From: Bdellovibrionales bacterium
GTDB taxonomy: Bacteria; Bdellovibrionota; Bdellovibrionia; Bdellovibrionales; UBA1609
Direction of reading: 5' to 3'
Length of the DNA stretch: 64,000 bases
NCBI GenBank assembly: GCA_965261545.1
Contig: CBDHDF010000010.1
Span: 544,001 to 608,000 of the forward strand
The position numbers and the translations under genes are program-made. Under the pieces are notes generated by a model that ran no database searches, was not told the origin of the DNA, and saw only the letters and a program-made list of their open reading frames with translations. Below are positions 29,880-37,378 of this stretch, one piece after another (the stretch's first letter is position 1; every line of letters begins with the position of its first letter).

Positions 29880-31496
29880 TCATTCCTCTTGGGGGGGGGG
29901 AGTGTACTGGCGAAAAGTCTCACCACCCACCTTAAGACCTATGAAAGGATCTCGTCCCAATTTTTGCACGCTGTACTTGAGAATACCTATATTGCCAGGA
30001 TCAGGTTGCAACACTTGGATATAGTAAACGAGCACGGCGTTTTCCTTGGCCTCATGCTCAAGACCCGCCAATGTGTGGCCAGCCTTAACAGTCAGTGTTT
30101 CATACATAGGTAACACCGTTTGTTCAAAGACGTAACACTCCCTTGACAAGTCATCTATGGGCGTCAGACTTGTATCATAGGCTATGACATCAGAATCTTT
30201 GAACCAGGGGTTTCTATGATCCTTAATTTGCACAAGAACACTTTCTTCACCATCGGGATTATCCTTGAGATTTTCACTATCAAGAGCTGCTGTGTAGCGA
30301 GTTGTCCTCCCTGTGCTTTGGGATGCAAAATAAACAAAAGTTTCAACTCCATCCAATATTCCGTCTCTATCTGTATCAAAAACTTCGGGATTCCCCTTTG
30401 TCATACGGCTGTCCTTGCTAGAACGATTTTCAAGTTCATCCTCCTCACACTTTGTCAATAAGTCAAAGTCCTGGTCTGAACGATCATGGCATGGAGTCAA
30501 TGATTTTCCTGGGTATCTAAAGCGCAGCCAATGAAAAAAATCTCCATAGCCATCTCCAAAGCTAAAACGATTGGCGGGGTCAAAAGATTTTCCCTCTTGA
30601 CTTAATTCCTCAGCATATAAGTTGTTCATTGCAATTTCATCGCGATCACACATTCCATCTACATCTGAATCCACATCGATCTTACCGTCCAAACAAAACC
30701 CAGCATTGAGATTATAAACTAAAAATTCCTTAAGACTCCATGGAATCACGTCGCCAGTGACAATCAGTTGATCAAAATCCCAACTTTCATCATCTTCAAA
30801 ATTGACAAAATGACCACGTCCCGCACTCGCCATATCTTCCAGTCGCTGAATAGCATCTTCACTTCCCCTTCCATAGTAGGCTGAACTTAGATAAATGGGG
30901 CGTCCTTTTGTGTTGATAAGACTGGAGACTTGGGAGTTAGTATTGCCATCTTGGGGCTCTCCATCTGAAATAAAGAATATGACATATCCTGAAGATTCAT
31001 TGGGATACTTAAGAACGTCATCTTCAATGGCTTGCTTGACCATATTGAGGGCTGGCTTGTAATTTGTATTACCACGGTAGGGATTTTGACGAATCTCATC
31101 GCTCGCCGACTTCACTTCATTGAGATCTTTTGTGAAAATAGCCCTATTGCTATCTCCTTCCTCATTGATAAGAGCCACGGGGCTATCGTCGAATAAGATG
31201 ATTCCGTACTGATAACCTTCTTGTTGAGAAAGTCCATCCACAAAATTGTCAATATTATCAGCACGCTTAAGCCCATATGGATCTGTGCTGGCGTTGCTTC
31301 CTGAAACATCCACAACAAACATAACTTTTGTGTCACCCTCGATTTCCACAGGGTCTACAATACAAAAACTATCTTCTGATGTGATAGAAAGAGCCTCTGG
31401 AGACTCTGGAGTTAAACTCACATTGAGACAGCCGCTAAGCCAGAGAGCAAAGAAACTCAAAAAAATTCGTAAAATGGCTCGCCCAATCATGGCCAT
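29880..31496 (-). CDS. vWA-domain lipoprotein with Ca-binding DxDxDG (TSP3-like) repeats
   Basis: Lipobox LSGC, MIDAS DVSGS, T.Y..AL, FISDGEP; DSDVDG.CD.DE, DTDRDG..DG.E. Confidence 0.85.
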   Translation of the reverse strand: MAMIGRAILRIFLSFFALWLSGCLNVSLTPESPEALSITSEDSFCIVDPVEIEGDTKVMFVVDVSGSNASTDPYGLKRADNIDNFVDGLSQQEGYQYGIILFDDSPVALINEEGDSNRAIFTKDLNEVKSASDEIRQNPYRGNTNYKPALNMVKQAIEDDVLKYPNESSGYVIFFISDGEPQDGNTNSQVSSLINTKGRPIYLSSAYYGRGSEDAIQRLEDMASAGRGHFVNFEDDESWDFDQLIVTGDVIPWSLKEFLVYNLNAGFCLDGKIDVDSDVDGMCDRDEIAMNNLYAEELSQEGKSFDPANRFSFGDGYGDFFHWLRFRYPGKSLTPCHDRSDQDFDLLTKCEEDELENRSSKDSRMTKGNPEVFDTDRDGILDGVETFVYFASQSTGRTTRYTAALDSENLKDNPDGEESVLVQIKDHRNPWFKDSDVIAYDTSLTPIDDLSRECYVFEQTVLPMYETLTVKAGHTLAGLEHEAKENAVLVYYIQVLQPDPGNIGILKYSVQKLGRDPFIGLKVGGETFRQYTPPPQEE

Positions 31497-31647
31497 TCCT
31501 TTCCATTATAACACAATCCCTGAAAGCCAGGATGAGTTGTGAACAAGATTCAGATGCCAAAATTTATCTGCTAGAATTTATCTACCAAAATTTATCTTCT
31601 AGGATTCATCAATGATGAAGTCTTACTTCTCTTAATATCCTAATAAA

Positions 31648-31664
31648 AGCAATTATGGGGCCAA
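31648..31664 (-). promoter_or_regulatory. Putative sigma54 promoter of the vWA lipoprotein gene
   Basis: Minus strand TTGGCCCCATAATTGCT (GG-N10-GC). Confidence 0.55.
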
Positions 31665-31849
31665 GTAGCCAAATTATAAACTCAAGTTTTCTTAGGTATT
31701 TAAGAAAAAAAGAAGATAGAATTTTTAATGAAAATTGTATAGTGAGAGATTTGTAAAAGAATTTTTACTAAAATAAAAGAAATTAATAAAAAAATTTCCT
31801 ATCCTATGGACTTTCCCGAGCACATCCATATTAATCACACCCATGATTA

Positions 31850-32302
31850 TTAATAAATAATAATCGAAGAAGAGTGGCTCTCAATATTAGAAGGACTCCG
31901 AACCTTAGACTCCTTCTGCATCGAATCTTGTTGTTTTTCCACCATTTGAGTCTTTTTTGTCTCAGTTTCACCTTCATGAAGCTCCCCAAGGGTATTAAGG
32001 GCATCAAAATTATCTTCACCTTCACTTTTACCTTTCTTACCTTTTGATAATCCAGTGACTCCTAAAGAAGTTTTCAATTGATCTATGAGTTGAGCCTGCT
32101 CTCCCAGTGAATCTGATATCTTAGATTCCCACTCCTCATCCTTTACAACCTCTCGAACTTCATGGGCTATTTGTATATTAGGTATATTGAGAACCTCCAC
32201 AAGCTTTTTCGTCTCATCCACTGCCACCTCTTGGCCACCCACAGTAAGTATCCACCCCAAAGTCAGTAACACTTCTATTAAGATACATCTCCATAGATTC
32301 AT
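31850..32302 (-). CDS. Hypothetical secreted protein
   Basis: ATG at 32302 after GGGGGAG RBS, signal-like N-terminus, charged low-complexity body. Confidence 0.5.
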   Translation of the reverse strand: MNLWRCILIEVLLTLGWILTVGGQEVAVDETKKLVEVLNIPNIQIAHEVREVVKDEEWESKISDSLGEQAQLIDQLKTSLGVTGLSKGKKGKSEGEDNFDALNTLGELHEGETETKKTQMVEKQQDSMQKESKVRSPSNIESHSSSIIIY

Positions 32303-32456
32303 GATAGCTCCCCCGCCTTTTCTCATTTTTGAACTGTCAACCCTAAATTGTTTAATGCAAGAATGTCGCCAAGTGAGAACCTCATTTATTTCAAAAGAAG
32401 GCATCATGAGTGTTTAGGAATTACACAAAAGACTTATATTTAAACAAATATGTACC

Positions 32457-32496
32457 TTCATGGGGGCGCCTTGCTTCCCCACCCACGCCCATGAAT
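32457..32496. repeat. REP-like palindromic repeat, copy 1
   Basis: TTCATGGGGGCGCCTTGCTTCCCCACCCACGCCCATGAAT, identical to 33813-33852; ends are self-complementary. Confidence 0.9.
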
Positions 32497-32676
32497 GTTA
32501 TGTATTAAAATAGGATTTATTAATAAATCCAGTATTTTAGACGAAAAAAATTCATAGGAACTATTTAGGGAGTACCGCATTAATTCGAGCAATAAAATTT
32601 GCATCCTCACCAAAATCTGTGGGTTAAAGGAGGCTCTCAATCAAACAAATGGGCCTAGAATTTCTAGAAAAAATGC

Positions 32677-32693
32677 TTGGCTCTGGCTTTGCT
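32677..32693 (+). promoter_or_regulatory. Putative sigma54 promoter of the endonuclease gene
   Basis: TTGGCTCTGGCTTTGCT (GG-N10-GC). Confidence 0.4.
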
Positions 32694-32834
32694 AGGTTAC
32701 ATTTCTCTTTGCGTCAAATTTTGGACCATTCTGGAAAATTTCAGAAAATTTTGGTGAAAATAGCTACTTTTTCTTGCAAATAGATCACAATCTGTCAGCC
32801 TTACCTAGGATGTAAATTATACAAAGGAGCCACT

Positions 32835-33722
32835 ATCAATCGTATCAATCGTTTATGGTTAGCTTTTGTTTTCTTCCTTTACTCTTTTGTCGTCACGGCA
32901 TCTCCATCTAACTCAGATAAATACTATGGTCCTTTCTTGGGTCATTTGCTGTATTCTCCACATATGACAAGTGATGAAGTTAGGTCTCACCTCTACAACA
33001 TACTCACAGGAACCCATGTGACTCACTCAGAGGGGGCTCCTGATATGATCTTTACATCTTGCACACCTGAAACATGCGAAATATGTACTGACAGACATTG
33101 TTATCGGCATATAACAAGAGATTATAGAATCACAAAAAGAATTCTCTTTGATATTGATATCAATGAAGATGGCGAGGATTTTTTCTTTCGCAGCTTTTAT
33201 TGCAAATATGATTTTCACTCTAAAGACCACCCCTCAGTGGCTCCGGGAAAAATTCCCAACTCCTTTAAATTAAATGTGGAACACCTATGGCCACAAAGCC
33301 ATTTCTCAAAACAGCAATCTAAAAAAGAACAAAAAAATGATCTCCATCACTTACAAATTGTCAATATGAGAGTGAACTCAACAAGAGGCAATAGAAGATA
33401 TGGTGAAGTTAAGGAAGTTTCAAAACAAATATGTGAGGGTACTTTTCTTGGAAAAGATCAATCTTCCGAAACTATCTTTCAGCCTCGTTTTGAAAATCGA
33501 GGAAATATTGCAAGGAGTCTTTTTTATTTTTCCATCAGATACCAAGTTGAGATCTCCCCGGAAGAGGAAAACTTTCTAAGGAAGTGGCATAGAGAAGATC
33601 CTGTGGATGCACAGGAGCGGGCACGCCATGAAATGATTGCCTTTTCACAAAAAAACCGAAATCCCTTTGTAGATTATCCACAACTAGAAGATAAGATCCT
33701 CAACTTTGGAAGCTCGAAATAA
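32835..33722 (+). CDS. Secreted endonuclease I (EndA/NucM/Bsn) family nuclease
   Basis: NVEHLWPQS, DLHHL, N..RGN, RGNIAR..FY, W...DPVD..E..R, Q.NRNPFVDYP; frame stays open upstream of TTG 32937 through a signal peptide to ATC 32835 behind AAGGAG. Confidence 0.9.
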   Translation: MNRINRLWLAFVFFLYSFVVTASPSNSDKYYGPFLGHLLYSPHMTSDEVRSHLYNILTGTHVTHSEGAPDMIFTSCTPETCEICTDRHCYRHITRDYRITKRILFDIDINEDGEDFFFRSFYCKYDFHSKDHPSVAPGKIPNSFKLNVEHLWPQSHFSKQQSKKEQKNDLHHLQIVNMRVNSTRGNRRYGEVKEVSKQICEGTFLGKDQSSETIFQPRFENRGNIARSLFYFSIRYQVEISPEEENFLRKWHREDPVDAQERARHEMIAFSQKNRNPFVDYPQLEDKILNFGSSK

Positions 33723-33776
33723 AGCTGGTCTTTGATTTTTACTTCTGACTCCTGCTTTGATAACATCTTCATATCC

Positions 33777-33852
33777 GCGCCCCCATGAATGTTACAAACA
33801 TTCATAGTAACATTCATGGGGGCGCCTTGCTTCCCCACCCACGCCCATGAAT
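33777..33852. repeat. REP-like palindrome cluster: perfect 19-bp inverted repeat overlapping copy 2 of the 40-bp repeat
   Basis: GCGCCCCCATGAATGTTAC (33777-95), 11-nt loop, GTAACATTCATGGGGGCGC (33807-25). Confidence 0.9.
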
Positions 33853-34004
33853 CTTTCTAGGCCCCCACTTCTTTGCACGAAGCAACTCGGTGGACAGCTT
33901 CGCTGGTCTATATAATTGGCCTCTTTTAGTTACTCTGGACTTTTGATGGTATTTTTGTCATGTATGATTCCGATACAATAAAGGATAAAGCAATAACATT
34001 ATTG

Positions 34005-34198
34005 GAAGGTGATAAGATGAGTGGCCGTTGAATAGATTGGTAATTTTAATTCCGTGAAGTAACATGGTCTTGAGCTTTGGATCGAACCCACGCATGTACC
34101 TGCACTCTGAGTGTATGGACGTATAGTAAGTTGACCTATTTTCGCTTTAGAATTTATGGCAAAATCCCAAGGCTCTAGTTTTATCACCTTCTTTTTTT
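34005..34198 (+). ncRNA. Predicted IS110 bridge RNA
   Basis: Closing stem GAAGGTGATAA(34005-15)/TTATCACCTTC(34181-91) followed by T7; inner stems GGCCGT/ATGGTC and GAGCTTTGG/CCAAGGCTC; loops contain TGAATAG and ATAGTAA matching the right junction. Confidence 0.65.
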
Positions 34199-34219
34199 CT
34201 AACAGAAAGGAGGAGTCAT

Positions 34220-35422
34220 GTGGATATTATTTATAGTTCTGTTTGTGGAATAGATGTTCATCAACATATGTTGATGTGTACGATTGTCAAAGTGGAAGAC
34301 GGTAAGAAGAAGTTTTTCACAAAAGAGTTCAAGAATTTTCCAAAAAATTTTCCTAGAATGCGCTCTTGGATGAAGCCACATAAGGTTGAGAGAGTTCTTT
34401 TTGAGAGCACAGGGATTTATTGGAATTCTTTATACGATGATTTGACAGAAAAAGGTTATGAAGTAGATGTTATCAATGCCTTTCATGTCAAAAATATTAC
34501 TGGTAAAAAAACTGACGTGTTGGATAGCCAGTGGATTGCAGAGCTTGGTGCTTGTGGTCTTCTAAGAGCTAGCTTCATTCCTCCACGTGAGATTCGTTCT
34601 ATTAGACTTTTGGCTCGTTATCGTACAAAAACGATCCGCCAAATATCTTCGGAACAAAATCGTATGTATAAGGTTCTTGAATATTCAGGCATTCGTTTAA
34701 CCTATGCAATGTCTAAAGCTGACTGCGTATCTGGTATGGCCATGATTCGTGCCATAGCTAATGGAGAGAGATCAGTTTCTAAATTGATGTCTCTTGCCAG
34801 AGGGTCTTTACGTCAAAAGACCGAAGAATTTTCTTACGCCCTGTCGGGAAAGATGACGGAAGAAAATCGTTTTGTTCTTCAACGCATTCTTGATCGAATA
34901 GATTTTTTGAAAAAAGAATGCTCTCAAATTGAAGAAGAACTTTTCATTCGTATGAAACCCTATGAAAGGCAGTGGCATCTACTCCAGACTATACCTGGAA
35001 TTGACGAATTAAGTGCAGCGCTTTTGATTGCAGAAATAGGAGGCAATGTGAAGTCTTTTAAAAATAAAGGAAATTTTTGCTCCTGGATGGGGATTTGCCC
35101 ATCCAATAATGAGAGCGCAGGAAAAAAAAAGTCTTCACGAACGAGGAAAGCGAACACATATGTGAAATCGTTGGTATGTGAGATGGCCAATAGTGCTATT
35201 AAGACGAATTCACAATTCAAAGGCAAATACCAATCACTTGTTATAAGGCGTGGGCACAAGAGATCAGTGATTGCCGTTGGTCACAAAATGATGGGAGTTG
35301 TTTATTCAGTCATAAGTAATGACACCCCCTACAAAGACCCTGGAATTGACTATGAAAAGCTCATGGTGAAAAAAAATGCACCAAGGTGGATTAGAGCGTT
35401 AAAAAAGTATGATTTCATGTAA
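34220..35422 (+). CDS. IS110-family DEDD recombinase/transposase, apparently intact
   Basis: GIDVH, FESTG.YW, KTDVLDS (DEDD); TIPGI, AEIG, W.G.CP..NESAG (catalytic Ser); AGGAGG RBS. Confidence 0.96.
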   Translation: MDIIYSSVCGIDVHQHMLMCTIVKVEDGKKKFFTKEFKNFPKNFPRMRSWMKPHKVERVLFESTGIYWNSLYDDLTEKGYEVDVINAFHVKNITGKKTDVLDSQWIAELGACGLLRASFIPPREIRSIRLLARYRTKTIRQISSEQNRMYKVLEYSGIRLTYAMSKADCVSGMAMIRAIANGERSVSKLMSLARGSLRQKTEEFSYALSGKMTEENRFVLQRILDRIDFLKKECSQIEEELFIRMKPYERQWHLLQTIPGIDELSAALLIAEIGGNVKSFKNKGNFCSWMGICPSNNESAGKKKSSRTRKANTYVKSLVCEMANSAIKTNSQFKGKYQSLVIRRGHKRSVIAVGHKMMGVVYSVISNDTPYKDPGIDYEKLMVKKNAPRWIRALKKYDFM

Positions 35423-35514
35423 TGTAGGATGATTTAAAAACTCGGACATTTGAAAAAATTCGAAGAACGGATAGTGGATTCGTGCGTCCAAACTACCCCG
35501 GAGATTCATAGTAA

Positions 35515-36579
35515 CTATTCATTATCGAGACCTTGATCAATAATGGTCCAGTTTCGAGCGATGAGAGCATTTCGTGCATCCACAGCACTATTGTTGTACT
35601 GTGAATTTCCTCCATGAAACTCAACGTCATCTTGTTGAGAAGTACTGTGAATTTGGTTGAGCAGGTGGCTATACATATCTGTGGGAAGAGTGATGCCTTC
35701 AAGCATGCTTTCCATAGTTGTAACACTGTGAAAATTCCATTGGGCCATATTGGGTTGTGCCACCTGGGCTTCTGAGAATATATTGCTCATGTCTGTGACC
35801 TTGGATGTATCCCAGCGACTGATATCAGGACTGGCAGCTCCTGTATCAGAAAACATATAACTCATATTTGTGACCTTGGATGTATCCCAGAGTCTTACGT
35901 CAGGATTGGCAGTTTCTGTGGAAGAAAACATATAACTCATATTTGTGACATTGGATGTGTCCCAGCGGCTTACGTCGGGATTGGCAGCACCTACATATGA
36001 AAACATATACCCCATGTCTGTGACTTTGGATGTATCCCAATGACTGATCTCAGGACGGACCATTATGGCATTATAAAACATAGAGTTCATGCTTGTGACA
36101 CTAGAGACGTTACCTCCGCTGAGGCTTTCTAAATTCCTACAGCTACTAAAGGCTCTGTTTAAATTTTTCCAACCCACATCACCGAGATCTTTCACAGATA
36201 TGAGTTTAATACTGTATTCGGGGGCAATGTCTTCAAAATTCCAAGCCTCAAGGGTTCCTGAAATGGTCACAGTGTAGTCTCCAGACTCTGCGTAGGTATG
36301 GGTGGTGTCACTGTCATCATGGGTTGTAATTTCGCTGAATGAACCATCTCCCCAATTCACCTTGAAATTATAATTATATCCAGGGGGCAAAGGGAGAACG
36401 ATAGCTTCGTTGTTGTTAGAAGTTCTCCAAATAGAGATAAAAGGAGGAGAGGTAGGACTACTGAAAGAGGATCCATATTGATCTTTTCCATCATTTCCAC
36501 AGCCCAGAAAATTAATGCTGGTGAGACAAATGATAATTAAAGAAAAAGTCCATTTTTTAAAAAATTTTAATTGAATCAT
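35515..36579 (-). CDS. DUF285/BspA-like surface lipoprotein with PKD-like domain
   Basis: Lipobox FLGC, V.WGDG..HTY..SG.YTVTISG, five to six 25-aa repeats WDTSKVT.MSYMFS. Confidence 0.9.
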   Translation of the reverse strand: MIQLKFFKKWTFSLIIICLTSINFLGCGNDGKDQYGSSFSSPTSPPFISIWRTSNNNEAIVLPLPPGYNYNFKVNWGDGSFSEITTHDDSDTTHTYAESGDYTVTISGTLEAWNFEDIAPEYSIKLISVKDLGDVGWKNLNRAFSSCRNLESLSGGNVSSVTSMNSMFYNAIMVRPEISHWDTSKVTDMGYMFSYVGAANPDVSRWDTSNVTNMSYMFSSTETANPDVRLWDTSKVTNMSYMFSDTGAASPDISRWDTSKVTDMSNIFSEAQVAQPNMAQWNFHSVTTMESMLEGITLPTDMYSHLLNQIHSTSQQDDVEFHGGNSQYNNSAVDARNALIARNWTIIDQGLDNE

Positions 36580-36597
36580 GGTTTATTTCCTGACCCG

Positions 36598-36654
36598 GAG
36601 GAGTTAGAGGTTCAAATCTTTAAAGAATGGAACCTCTCACTAAACGAATGCCAT
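36598..36654 (-). mobile_element. Isolated inverted, diverged copy of the left ~60 bp of the IS4-type element
   Basis: Reverse complement atggcattcgtttagtgagaggttccattctttaaagatttgaacctctaactcctc aligns with 37381-37438. Confidence 0.85.
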
Positions 36655-36673
36655 GCCCCCCATGGGTGGTGAC

Positions 36674-37066
36674 CTATTGACATTTTTTTCTTAGTTTATA
36701 GCTCCCTTGACTTGCGTCACTTAATTTCAAGTAGAGGCCTTTGTCCCCACAATTTCGCCAAGCACGCTGAGTTATTTTTGTAGGAAAGAAGTCCTCAGGA
36801 CTCCTATTCGCATAGAAGTCCATTCTCATGTAAGCACCATGGCAACTTCTAAAGTGGTTCTTCCCAGTTGTTCTCCAACTTCCACCTTTACCATACCGAT
36901 CATAACACTTTGTATAAACAGGATAATCACGCTTGTTGTCAATACGAATATATCCCCAATTATCTGTATTTGGTCCATCATGTGCCAAGACCATGGTCGA
37001 TATAAGACCCAAATTCATAAAAATAACTATGATAAAAGTTGTCATGAGATGAATAAATAAGTTCAT
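36674..37066 (-). CDS. Small secreted 4-Cys hypothetical protein (paralog of 1289-1651)
   Basis: GGAGG RBS, signal peptide ending VLA-H, FRSCHGAY motif. Confidence 0.8.
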   Translation of the reverse strand: MNLFIHLMTTFIIVIFMNLGLISTMVLAHDGPNTDNWGYIRIDNKRDYPVYTKCYDRYGKGGSWRTTGKNHFRSCHGAYMRMDFYANRSPEDFFPTKITQRAWRNCGDKGLYLKLSDASQGSYKLRKKCQ

Positions 37067-37378
37067 AAAACCTCCTATTGTTATACATTTGCAGTGATCT
37101 GGAAAGTCCGCAGTTTTCGGGCTTATTTCGGAAGATCACGCATAAAGTCTAGAAGTTCCCCCCCTCTTCTTCTTGTGTAAAATTGTTTTGCACAAAGGGG
37201 GACCATCTAGGTTTGATGGTAGCAAAATGGAATGTGCTTTGCAAATGCGAGAAGCTTTTTCTGAGGATATTTAGACCACAAAAAATCTGATAACTGGCCG
37301 TCTCTTTTTTCCGCGAAAGGTCCCTATTTTAGAAAAAGTCTATCCGCCCACGACCTTCCATCATCACCCCCCGCCGCC

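Larger units (their letters stand above)
33811..35514 (+). mobile_element. IS110-family element (right end well supported at ~35514, left end tentative)
   Basis: IS110 recombinase with long 5' non-coding end, no TIRs; ATTCATAGTAAC present at both 33800-33811 and 35504-35515. Confidence 0.7.

Noticed and set aside
33999..34187. 62-aa minus-strand ORF in the IS110 5' end
   Set aside because: No RBS or motifs; the region is better explained as structured RNA on the plus strand.
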